A DNA stretch of 64,000 bases, taken from contig NC_057751.1 in assembly GCF_004010195.1 (NCBI RefSeq), forward strand, positions 6,642,863-6,706,862, in the 5' to 3' direction. The number at the start of each line of letters is the position of its first letter. The stretch's first letter is position 1. This document shows, piece by piece, positions 50,618-63,144 of the stretch. The notes beneath the pieces were generated by a model. The model was not told the origin of the DNA. It searched no databases and saw nothing but the letters and a program-made list of their open reading frames with translations. Source of the stretch: Chiloscyllium plagiosum. Its lineage: Eukaryota. The position numbers were made by a program, and so were the translations under genes.

Positions 50618-52150
50618 TCCCCACCGAACTCATCTCTGCATACCTCGACACGGTCCTGTCCCCCTTAGTCCAAGAACTCCCCACCTACGTTCGGGACACC
50701 ACCCACGCCCTCCACCTCCTCCATGATTTTCGCTTCCCCGGTCCCCAACGCCTTATCTTCACCATGGACATCCAGTCCCTATACACCTCCATCCCCCATC
50801 ACGAAGGACTTAAAGCCCTCCGCTTCTTCNNNNNNNNNNNNNNNNNNNNNNNNNNNNNNNNNNNNNNNNNNNNNNNNNNNNNNNNNNNNNNNNNNNNNNN
50901 NNNNNNNNNNNNNNNNNNNNNNNNNNNNNNNNNNNNNNNNNNNNNNNNNNNNNNNNNNNNNNNNNNNNNNNNNNNNNNNNNNNNNNNNNNNNNNNNNNNN
51001 NNNNNNNNNNNNNNNNNNNNNNNNNNNNNNNNNNNNNNNNNNNNNNNNNNNNNNNNNNNNNNNNNNNNNNNNNNNNNNNNNNNNNNNNNNNNNNNNNNNN
51101 NNNNNNNNNNNNNNNNNNNNNNNNNNNNNNNNNNNNNNNNNNNNNNNNNNNNNNNNNNNNNNNNNNNNNNNNNNNNNNNNNNNNNNNNNNNNNNNNNNNN
51201 NNNNNNNNNNNNNNNNNNNNNNNNNNNNNNNNNNNNNNNNNNNNNNNNNNNNNNNNNNNNNNNNNNNNNNNNNNNNNNNNNNNNNNNNNNNNNNNNNNNN
51301 NNNNNNNNNNNNNNNNNNNNNNNNNNNNNNNNNNNNNNNNNNNNNNNNNNNNNNNNNNNNNNNNNNNNNNNNNNNNNNNNNNNNNNNNNNNNNNNNNNNN
51401 NNNNNNNNNNNNNNNNNNNNNNNNNNNNNNNNNNNNNNNNNNNNNNNNNNNNNNNNNNNNNNNNNNNNNNNNNNNNNNNNNNNNNNNNNNNNNNNNNNNN
51501 NNNNNNNNNNNNNNNNNNNNNNNNNNNNNNNNNNNNNNNNNNNNNNNNNNNNNNNNNNNNNNNNNNNNNNNNNNNNNNNNNNNNNNNNNNNNNNNNNNNN
51601 NNNNNNNNNNNNNNNNNNNNNNNNNNNNNNNNNNNNNNNNNNNNNNNNNNNNNNNNNNNNNNNNNNNNNNNNNNNNNNNNNNNNNNNNNNNNNNNNNNNN
51701 NNNNNNNNNNNNNNNNNNNNNNNNNNNNNNNNNNNNGTGGGGGCTGCAGATGCTGGAGATCAGAGCTGAAAATGTGTTGCTGGAAAAGCGCAGCAGGTCA
51801 GGCAGCATCCAAGGGATGAACTCAGATTTCTCCAGTTTCCTCATTTCTCCTCCCCCCACCTTGTCTCAGTCAAATCCCTCAAACTCAGCACCGCCTTCCT
51901 AACCTGCAATCTTCTTCCTGACCTCTCCGCCCCCACCCCACTCCCCGGCCTATCACCCTCACCTTGACCTCCTTCCACCTATCGCATTTCCAACGCCCCT
52001 CCCCCAAGTCCCTTCTCCCTACCTTTTATCTTAGCCTGCTGGACACACTTTCCTCATTCCTGAAGAAGGGCTTGTGCCTGAAACGTCGATTCTTCAGTTC
52101 CTTGGATGCTGCCTGACCTGCTGCGCTTTTCCAGCAACATATTTTCAGCT
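50618..52150 (+). mobile_element. Penelope-like element (RT, gap, inverted terminal repeat) with TSD
   Basis: PTELISAYLDTVLSPLVQELPTYVRDTTHAL..FTMDIQSLYTSIPH; flanking duplication ctgtcctattcatag (50603-50617, 52151-52165). Confidence 0.93.
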
Positions 52151-52410
52151 CTGTCCTATTCATAGCCCAGTTTCTCCAACTGCCTGAGAACTAATCACAG
52201 AGTTGTTGACAGGCAGAAGGCCTTTTTCATCGATAATTGGTCATTGGTCCACAGATCGATCAGCCACTGTTGCCAACAAAAGGTGGTTTTCTCTCCAGCC
52301 CTTTGGTTCAAATGCATCTGCAAATGACACTTCAACTGGAACCTGCAGCTATGTCAACAGTCTTTCCAATGAATAATGGAAAGCGCGACAAACACTAGAT
52401 AGCTGAAACA

Positions 52411-52571
52411 AAAACAGAAGTTGCTTGAGAAACTCAACAGGTCTGGTAGCATCTGTGGAGAGAAAGCAGAGTTAATGCTTTAGAGTCCAGTGACAGTCCT
52501 GAAACATTGGCTCTGCTTTCTCTCCACAGATGCTGCCAAACCTGCAAAGCTTCTCCTGCAATTCCTGCTTT
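52411..52571. mobile_element. PLE-derived foldback element
   Basis: gcatctgtggagagaaagcagagttaatg versus cattggctctgctttctctccacagatgc inverted arms; degenerate relatives at ~32555-32720 and ~53090-53245. Confidence 0.7.
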
Positions 52572-54310
52572 CGTTTACAGTCAGTGTCAGTTTACTTGCT
52601 TTTAAAACATACAGCCACCTTTGGTTTTCAAAACAGTTCTTTTTCTTATTTCAGTCCACAATTAAAAACACAGAAAAAAGTAAAACAACAGTCTTTACAC
52701 AATAAGTTCTCTGTTTCTCCTCAAGATGTGCAAACAGGCTAACTTAACTGATACTTCCTCCATTGAATGCTATGGGTTTTTCCCAGCCCTATTTACTCGG
52801 GCTGCTAAAACTGGGTAGGACTACTCTCCATTTCTGTTGTTGTGGAAGCTGCTAAAAACTAAACTAACCTTCTGTTGGTCAGGATTTTCTCAACTCAATC
52901 TGTCAAGGTCCCTAGCTATCTATCCTTATGTAGGTCATAAAAGGTTCAGGAATTAGCTCGTCAGCTGACTTGCTAGTCACATGTTTCTTGGAAATCTGTT
53001 CAAACGTAACATGAGAAAGGAGTTTTTCTGACCCTTGAAGCCAGCCATCTTCAGAAAACCACAACCAAAAACCTATTTAACTCTCAAACAATAGCCGAAA
53101 TTGCTGGAGAAACTCAGCAATTTCAGAAACCTCTTCCGAAAGAATGTCTCTGCACCTGAAAAACTAACTCTGCTTCCTCCCCTTAGGTTTCTCGAGCAAT
53201 TTCTGTGTTTGTTTCAGATTTCCAGGATCCCTCGTTCTTGGTTTTATTTTTCACATGTAACTCCAATCAGAATTAAAACTGCAAAGTATTAACAACAGAT
53301 TACAAACCCACACCCCCCACAATCTGATCAAATTTACAGAATTTCTTCTTTCATCTGAATCAGAGAGAAAATTACTCTTTAGCCTTGACAAACCATGCAG
53401 TGTGGACCTTGTATTAAATCTTGTAAAAATGCAGTAAACTAAAGCAAATCGTCCTTTTGTAAATCACTCCGAGATGGCTAATTAAATCCTTCGTTTCTTG
53501 AGCATTATACCTGTATAATCACCTTTTTACAGCCATGGCCCGCAAACAAATAAACTGTGATGAAGCTGGGGGTGTTTGCTTGTTAATTGCAGCTGTTAAT
53601 CATTGCAATTACATTGATCGTGCTTTCATTTAATAAACCTTCCCCAGTTGCAGGCTCCCTTGGGAAGCCCAGACAGTTGTACACTTTCCTGTTCAATCAC
53701 ATGTCTGACACTTATCAGTTGCTGCTGGTATGAATTGCAAGAGCAGCAATCCCAGACATTGCCCAGGCTCTTCATTTAGACTAATGCTCTGCGCTGGGAT
53801 TCGATGAATATCGCAGTTTAATAATTCTGGTGGATAAGCCAAGAAGAAATCCTGATGGCTGAACAGACAAACTTTCTTGGTCATTAGCAGGCATATGCCC
53901 TTTGTATGTGTGCATTAGAGATGGGAAATGTGAAGGATGCCATGACTCATTATTGTCTGACAGAGCCATAGCTCTTCCACAGTGCAGAATTCATTGTCAC
54001 TTCATACTATCGCTATCACTGTGCTATTTTAACAGTTTGAATTTTAGTGCCACTAGGGCTTTTGAAATTGATCACTATCATCACTCCCAGGCCCTGAGCA
54101 AGATGTCCTAATTTGGAACGGTTCTGGCTGGGATACTCCAAATTATTGATGTCCCAGGTAAGGAGGGATGAACTGGCTCCCCTGCTTTATTCACACATCC
54201 CCTTGGTTGATTGCAACAATGTTAATTCAGAAAGGATTCTTTTGATGTGCGTACAGTTCTCCCAGATCACATGAACTCATGATTAAAAGGAGCCAATTTA
54301 AATTGGACTT

Positions 54311-54661
54311 GAATCGTAGAACCCCTACAATGTGGAAACAGGCCCTTCGGTCCAGCAAGTCCACACCAACCCTCCCAAGAGTATCCGATCCAGACCCATT
54401 CCCCCATTACTCAACATTTACCATTGACTCAAGCTTCTAGCCTACACATCCCTGAACACTACGGACAATTTAGATGGCCAAATCCACTAACCTGCACATC
54501 TTTGGATTCTGGCAAGAAACCAGAGGACCTGGAAGAAACTCATGCAGACACAGAGACAATGTGCAAACTCCACACAAGACAGTCGGCCAAGGCTGGAATC
54601 GAACCCGGGCCTCTGGTGCTGTGAGGCAGCAGTGTGAACCACTGAGCCACTGTGCTGCCCC
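54311..54661 (-). mobile_element. HE1-type V-SINE, full length
   Basis: ccctacaatgtggaaacaggcccttcgg...ggaatcgaacccgggcctctggtgctgtgaggcagcagtg...ccactgagccactgtgctgcccc. Confidence 0.92.
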
Positions 54662-57600
54662 GAACAAGGAGTTAACAAGGATTGATTTATTAATTTTGAA
54701 ACAGAAAAAGAATTCGTAAAACAACACACACACAGATTAGAATTAGGAGATGAGTCCAAAAAGTTTAAAATAATCAAAGAAATAGATAGATGGATCAGTC
54801 TGTGAGAAACAAAAGCTCACTCACTTTAATAATTTCAGTCCGAGACCAAATTTCTGAACAGCAGCTTCGTTTTATTTGTACACCTGCAGGTGGGTGCTTT
54901 GTCTAATTGCCAGGTAAGGCAATGACAAAATGCACAGTATATCCCAAAAAACCCTTGCAATTTATACTGTTTTTTTCCCATATGTTTTCCTTATTCCATT
55001 GTCTGTTCCCAGCTTCGCTTACGTCACTCATTTCCTTAAGACTTATCCCACAACTTCTGTTTATCCTGTCTTGTCCGTGACAAACTCTTATCTCTGACTC
55101 CCATAAGGGTGTTTGACGTCAGTCTATTGTAGATTATTGATTAGGCATATCTTTTCTTCTATCAGCATCTGTTTCCATCCAGAGGCCACTTTAACCTCTT
55201 TGATTAGGGTTTGTTCCTGTGCCGAGTAGGGGGAAACAGATGCTTTCCTGTTTGCCCATATATCCACCATTGTTCTGTATTCACGTCTCATGCTAACATA
55301 TCCTTTCTTTTTGCTGAATATGTATTTTCTCATTCCTGTTCTGTATCAGAATTTATACTTGCAGAAATAACATTAATTCATTTATATCCCACAAGTCTCT
55401 GATTTGTGAGAGAAAAGTGGACATTTGAATGTTGCAGCCATTGCAGTGGAGCTTATTCATAGAATTGATATTGGAAGATGAACAGTCAGTTTCGTGTTCC
55501 TTGGTTTTGCGGGTAGGTTTACATATCCAGCATTCAACATGAGAGGGAGTCCTTCAGTGTACTGTTTCCTTTGAAAGTGGTTAGCAGTGCTGAGTTAGAA
55601 TATTTTAGCTGCAACACTGGGGTAAGTGGAGGATAATTCCACAGCTATGACTGTCACAGCACACTGATGCACAAACCCAGGCTGGTACACACAAGAGCTT
55701 CAAGTTCCACTAGTCTACTCCAGTACAGATGAAACTGCCTATATTTGTGTATTTTTCCAAGTGAAAAACAAAATGCTTTTGCAGCTTAGGACCTCACTGT
55801 CAGGTGTAGCTTGCTTTTGAGCAGGGGAGCATCAGCCTTCATCATTTCTGTGAACAGAAGTAATCACAGACTAGTCTATTTTTGTCGATTTCAAACCTTT
55901 AGCTATTAAGACCCATTGATCCCACACAGAGTTTTTTTTTACACATGCAGTTATTGCCCTGTAACAATCCTCTTAGAATTGCACACATTTTAAAATCGAG
56001 GGTTGAAATTGTCTACAATGCTTCAGGGTTCTGATCATTGGTCTTGACTATATGGCTCTGGATTTCTGTTCTGTCTGGAGCAACTCCGCGATTACATTGT
56101 AAATTTCACCTTTGGAGTTGTCATACATAATTAATTAATTTCTGCAGCTAACTGATCTCTCATGGCATTTGTTCATGGGAAGTCTGCGGTTTGGAGCATA
56201 TTTCTGAGTTCGCAATTAATTTTCATTTCTTACTATAATTATTATTTCTTTTTGGGAAAATCATGCACCCTGAGCACGATCAGAGGTGAATTGTTGTCAC
56301 TGAGAAAAGTTTGCCTCCACCAGAGAAGTAATCAGAAACTTCTACAATTACCAAAATAAGTATGACTGGGAAAACTGTGAATCACAGGAACTGGGCAACA
56401 ATATTTGAGGCGATCGTAGAAAAGTCTGATGAATGCCTGACTTTGGCATGATTGATGAAAGCTGGATGCAAGTTTTAATGCTTTGGAGTGATCAGGATCT
56501 TGCACTTTTTTGGAAGAGGGATATTTGATTTTTGAAATAGAGGCATGGATACATTTACTTTGAGAGAATACAGAAAGAATGTTAGGAGATTTCACGAGAA
56601 ACCCCAATGCATAGATTTACTGGTCAGTCATTGGAGGATGATTGAAACTTCACTTGTCAAATGCACAGGTACATAAATTCTACAGTTCAGTAAATGAACC
56701 ACCGGACTCTGTCTTGTGCTTTTGAGTTCTTCTGATCTTCAGATAAATTCAGCCACACTTCCAGATTACTTGTAGAGAACTTTTATGAATGAACTTTAAA
56801 CAATGGCGGGACTACAGAGTTGCACGCTCTGTGTTGTACGAGTTCCAGCCTTCAGTAGAATATGAACACGTTACTGCTGAGGTCAGATATGTTCACAGAT
56901 CATTGGTCTTGACCAAATGACTCTGTATTTCTGTTCTGTCTGGAGCAAATCTGCGGCGCCACACTCTCTACTCGATATTGCAGATACCCCAGACACTCAT
57001 GTACATATTCATGAAGGGTTGGACTTTCAGACACCAAGCAATATGAGCATTGTTTACAATATATCTCATAAATAAACTTAAAAACTTTACCAAAATAATT
57101 GATGATACTTTGATAAAACATACTGCTTCATCATTGGTGTCAGCAAACAGATCCATTCATAAAACCTCCATCTCCGGTTCTGATGTTTCATTTATTGTCC
57201 CATGTAAAACTTGCATTGATCTTGACACCTTTCACATAGTTGAACATCCCAAGATGCTTAACAGGAATGTTTCAGAGAAAATGGGACACTCTAACCTTGT
57301 AACTTCAAACATTTTCAGAAAACAAGTTGGAGTTTTGTTTTCCTGAGGCTTTGACATTTCAAGTGGAAAACTATGACAGATTTCTGGAATTTTTAATCCG
57401 GTGGCTATTGGAACAGATTTCAAATGATTGGCAAAACATCAAGAGTAGAGATCAGGATAAACATTTCTTTTCAGTCTGAATCCACAAAGCTGTCCCTGAA
57501 AAGGTGGTGGAAGGTGATTCCAAAAGTGTTGTTAAGAAAAAAGACATGAATCCTTGACATTCAATTTGCTTACTCAACTCCAAAGATCATCAGCTTGAAG

Positions 57601-58944
57601 TGTTAAATCTGTTTCTAATTTTCTCAGGTGTAACCTAACCTTCTGCGTGTTTCCAGCATTTTTATTTGTGGAATTCAATCGATAGTTCACTATAACGTAT
57701 TGCTCTTGAAAGTGTGAAATCTGTGCAAATATTAATATAATCTGTGCAAGGTACCTGTGCAAAACTGTGGCAGAGTTAATGTTTCAGGGCATTACTATTC
57801 ATCTCATGAAATGCCATTGACCTAAAAAATTAGTTGGAATTTTCTGCTGGTGTTGCGGAATTGGAGACAGTACAAGTGGCACTCATGTTGGTTAAAACCC
57901 GACTTGACACCCACTGGAGAGTTGGAGGACCGGAGAAGTGTCGCTTAATCAAGGGCGCTCAGTCCCTGGGAGTGTGGGGAAGGTGGAAGTGGGTAGGATG
58001 TCCTTGCTGCCAAACTCTGCCACCCCTCCTCCCACCACCCCTATTTAATGTAAACCCTGTCCCACCTCACATTATTTCCACTAATCTGTGTTCTTACTGT
58101 CTTCTACCCAAGTGGAGCGGCTGAACACTCGAGCTGCTAGCCTCTGACCTACGCCCCTCAGGAGACAAGACGTCAGTCCCCATGGTCAAAGAGCCGATTG
58201 GCTGTGTCAGGCCTTTCCTTTAAGAAGTGGCATAAAACTCTCACTGGTGCTGACTCCCAGCAGGCAAGATCTCCCATTCTTCAGCAAGACTCAGCCCATA
58301 AACTTCAGTGTACTCTGCACCGACGCTGCCTGGCTTGCTGAATATGTTTGACTTTTTCCTGAGGCTGTAAAGTTGTGAAAGGGGCGAAAAATGCAGGTGT
58401 TTCTTTCTCACGTGAAAATTTTATTTTAAATCTTTAAGTGATGTTAAGGCTGCATGCTTGGTGAGCTCATTATGGGAATAGGAGATTGATGGGTAAATAT
58501 AGAAATAAACTTCGGGTCGATCACCTTTTATCAATTAAAGATACTCGAATTATGCAGAGACAGGAAAAGTTTACTGCTGCAGGAGCCTAACCCTTGTATA
58601 CTTTCAGCTATAATGTACCAATGCAATCATTGATTGGTGTTGTAGTGTGTGATGTTGGAAATGTACCAAGTAGTTGCCAGTAATTCGCAATCAGTAGCTA
58701 CTGTATATTAAGAATTTTAATTTTTTGGACTATTTTTCGTGACATACAGGGCCTGTATCTTGCAAGTGTTCATTGCTGCAGCTTTCAGCTTTCTCAGTGC
58801 ACAAGAGCTACACATTTTAATTTTGAAATCTGGCGGTCAAAACTTTAAGTCCAATTTACTGTACGGAGATTAGCTTCCTTGTTTTAATTGCTGTCAAGCG
58901 CATGCATATACACATCATGAGCGGACAGAAACGCTGCCATTCTA

Positions 58945-58966
58945 CACACACACACACACACACACA
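58945..58966. repeat. (CA)11 microsatellite
   Basis: Direct reading. Confidence 0.9.
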
Positions 58967-59857
58967 ATCACCAGCCAATTGGGAAAAGTGGAGTTAATTA
59001 GGCACAAGGTTCCTGTCCAAGAATTTAATGATACTGCAATGTTCCTGTAGCATAATACGATTATCACAATCTTTGCCACCTTGTATTCATCTCACAGACC
59101 TGTAATTCAGGCATTTTAAATTGCTCGAAATGCACTTTTTTGACTGCCTCATTACCCTTAAATTCTTATTTGGAGTACAATCTTATGCAATTACATTTTC
59201 TGAACGTCAGAATATCTCTTGCACCAAATTATGAGGGCAACTTAAGTTGTTCTCCATGACAATTTATGCCTGTTTATCAGAGTGAAGAAACTGAGAGACA
59301 TAATTATCTCCTAACTAGTAATTTATTTGCATTGCTGACCTTCCTCACCCACCCAGTCAGTCTCCCAGTGAACTCCCACACAAATTTACTTTTGGAAGTC
59401 AAAACAGACTGATTTTCTGCCAGTGCTGTTCCTTGCTTTAATGACAAACATCTAACCCAGAACATCTAACCCTAAAAATTAAAAAAGCCATTTTGTTCCT
59501 TATTAACATCGGCGCATTTGTTCTGTTATCTTTCACGGGATGTTTGGAACTGCAGCCTAATGCACTGTAGCACAATTTCTGACATGATCGTACAAATCAT
59601 TGTTAATTTAGGTGACTCACTTTGAATGTTGGGAAGGCATAGCAATTTATGTTTTCACTGTAGAAACTTAATTCCTGAGAAATTGTTTGAGGGAAACACC
59701 AACCTTGCTTTGATGAGAGCTTTTTTTTTTAAAAAAAGCACGAAATATCAATTAACTTCTTGCTCTTGCGCCAATGTAGCTCCTTAGCTGAAGATCCAAC
59801 ATGTTGTCTTTTATCAATTTTTTTTAAAGTTTTGCATTTAATGCCCTTTTAAACAAT

Positions 59858-61521
59858 GGGTGGAATTTTACAGAGGTCTGAATGATGTGGACAATGTTGA
59901 GGTCTGTGTCAGATTTGGGTAGCAAGAGTGTCAAGGCCTATCTTGATGTTGAGATCGTTCCAGCCAACCTTTTATGCTTTTCAAAAGCAGTATCGTGAGA
60001 TGCCAATTGAGAGGGATTAACGCTTTTTAAATATCTTGTTAACACAACTCATCTCTTTAAGATTCAGTCTCCCTCATGAGCGAACTCACCCAACAAGCTC
60101 GATGCTGGAAAACCAGGCAACAATGAGAGAATGACTACCTCATGGGTTCAACTCACGGCTTGTTCTAAATGACCTGCTTGTTTGGAAAATGGCTCCCAAA
60201 CATCTCAGGATATGCTCAATGGATATGCAGGACACACTCCCGCAACCACAGACATCAACATCCAACAGTGATAGCCCCTAACAACCTTCATGGTACTTCT
60301 CTGATCCACTTACAGGGCACTTCTGCACTTCAGTGATACACTGACTGCTACTAGAACACTCTGCGCTCTGGATCACACACCCAGGGCATGGACTGGACCA
60401 GATTGCAGCAAGCTCTTATCTTGCTTTCATAGTGCTCATTCACTCTGAGCCTACCTCAATGCCCACCATATCTTTGCTTTACCTTGCCTATTTCACTTTC
60501 CCACCCTCAGTCAGAGATATCAGTGTCATGTTACTGCTGTCTTGTTTTGTCGTAAGCACAGACACAACGTTAAGAAGTTTGCCATAACTATCAGCAAGTC
60601 TCAGTCAAGTTAAGGGGGCTGGCCTTTGCTCAGGGGTTCCCAACATTATCAGTCAAGGGCAACCTCTGATACCAGTCCAAGGTCTTCTCTGGCCTGGTCA
60701 GACTCAGGATACTTTCCTCATACGGGCTATGGAACACCTATCTTGAGTCTTTCTGTCCTGCTGTGAACTTTTTTTTTCCTTTGTGGAATGAGAGAGAGGT
60801 GTCATGGAATATGAAAGTGAGTGGCACTGCTGAACTTATTGGAGGTGAGAGGTGTCCTGAGTGAGTGATGAGGCAGAGGGCTTGCAGAGTTAGTGGTGGA
60901 GAGGTTGGAATGGGTGAGAGTGAGTGGGGAAGATGTTACAGGCATTCATGACAGTGGCTAAGCCTTGGCGGGAGGTGGATACAGTAGCAGAAGCAGAATG
61001 TGTGCGACATATTGGCGAGAAGGCAAAGGCACTTATGCTGACAGAGTGGTGAATGTCATCGACTTTCTTCTCACACTGTTGGGTATTTCTCTGGGTAACC
61101 TTTAACCAGAGCACAACCTTGGATCAGGCTGACACGGTGTGGGGCCGTGGCCTCCCATGGAACTCAGGACCTGGCCCACAAAGCAGGGCACCAATTTCCC
61201 CATGTCTGCCATGGCCAGAACAAAAAGAGCACCATGCAGGGTAGCTCGGGACTCAATGCTTGTTCGTACGTACAATATGCTTTTTTAAAGGTGGCCTGGT
61301 CTTTAAAGGGATGCTGGTGAATTCCAGGATCCCTGCTAATAAGCTGTTCTGAGGACAGTGCACTGTAAGAATGGCATGTAAATTGGATGTGAGAGATGCC
61401 ACAGTGACACTGTGGGTGAATGAGGCAAATGTGGGAAGGTCGAGCAAGAGCATTTGCTGGGCATCACTGCGGCAACTTGACGCAACACTGGCTTAGCCAA
61501 AATGAGGCAAGATTCAGGCCC
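59858..61521 (-). mobile_element. Decayed PIF/Harbinger-type DNA transposon with Myb/SANT-like ORF remnant
   Basis: Imperfect termini gggtggaattttac / ggcaagattcaggccc; minus strand 61213-61040 reads MADMGKLVPCF...*SKVV..QRNTQQCEKKVDDI, resembling the trihelix W...RTxxQCxKKxxDL motif. Confidence 0.5.
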
Positions 61522-62550
61522 ATTTTGTTCATGTGCCTTTCAACGAACAGTGGGGTAAAGCATTCCACACTGTAATCTTGTGTGGAAGCAGTGTGTTAAT
61601 GTTGACTTGATGCATGAACTGCGATCTGAGATGAGAGAGGAAAGGGTTCCTCATTTTGGTTTCCTTGGACCCTTTATCTTCTTCCCGATTCTGTTCCAGC
61701 TTGAAAGTCTGTGGCTGGTGAATTTACAGGGATGGTCCAATTTTGTTAGTGACTGCAGCACCTCGCGATAGCTACACAGCAGCTGGTAATTCCTGCAAAC
61801 TGGGAAATCAGAACAAAATTATTTTATGGATAATTTTGAGCATTTGATTTTCAACCGAAAATGTGTTTGTTTTTGCCTCCAACCTTTGAGCAATGATGCT
61901 GAAATGAGAGATCAGCTTTCATGATTTTTATTAACCTGTGTTGTCTGTTACCCTCCCCGGGTGAATGCCAGTAAACATAATGATTGCAGCATGTACTGTT
62001 ACTGCAATCTACTTCTTCATTTCTCACTCGGTTTAACACAACAACATAAAATTGTATCAGGTGGCAAACAACGCTGTATCAGACTGAGGCTTGGTTATTA
62101 CTCGCATTACTGAGGGCTAGCTGGAACAGGTTTCACTCACTCACCTCTATTTGTTGTTCTCTGAATTCCAAGTCCTGCTTCTGAGTTAGTTGTCCTGAGA
62201 TCACTCTGCCCATGTCTTTGAAACACTAATTTATACCTTTTCTCTTGAAACTTTGAGAAGGTTTGACTCCCACCCAGGAATTTGTGGCTTTAATATCATG
62301 CATCCATGGGTTGTACAGAGAAGTCACACCTGATTCCTTGTCCTCCCTTTGTCTAAAATTTAGTAGACTTGGTAACCAAGAAGGTCAAGCAGTATTTTAG
62401 CAGACCTTATCACCAGATTCCTGAACAGGCAGCGCCTGGTGCTGGCTGGCAGAGTGAGCTGTTGTTCTTGAGAAGTTGGCCAATTTTTCCCATCATCATT
62501 ACTTTCCGTCATTAGTTGTTAACCACTCTGGTAGAGTGTTAGATTTAAGA

Positions 62551-62775
62551 TGCTGTCATTCGAAAGGGATTTGGAAAGGGAACTACGAGGTCCTTGAGCG
62601 GGTTTGTTTTAACCTGGGCCAAAATTGCTCTGGCTGTTAAATACAAACAAAGGATTTAGAACGTCCTCAGTTCAAGGGACTGACACCGAGCTGGCTGGCC
62701 GCAGCTGGTGTACTAAGTACTAGTAAATAAAGGGTGACTTGGTGAGGGGATACCGGCTTCCCTGCAGTTATTTCA
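62551..62775 (+). mobile_element. Short solo LTR, family C
   Basis: ttaacctgggcc and gtaaataaagggtgacttggtga...tttca match the reverse complement of 11321-11535; no TSD visible. Confidence 0.6.
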
Positions 62776-63144
62776 AAACTACAGAGTTTTGCTCACATCT
62801 TGTCCAAAATCAAACAATTACAACACTTAATACATTGCAACTTGCTCAAACCAGAAGTTGATGTAAAGGTGGGAGGTACTTTGTTTGATAACATTGATAT
62901 CATTTTGAAGGGGATTCTTTTTTAAAAACCAGCAGTCTGTGCAGCTAGCTGGTGCCTCAAGGAAGCCAAGGTTGCAGTCAAAAGATCAAACTTGACACTG
63001 CCTCTAAAAATCTTCAAAACGTTTGAATATTTAAAACCATTAGACAACCTCGAGCCCAGTACTTCAACTTTTTGCAAAACTACATTGGAAGTTGTCTGTT
63101 CTATCTTCCCGTTCCCACAAGTTATAAATAATTGAAAAAAAAAC

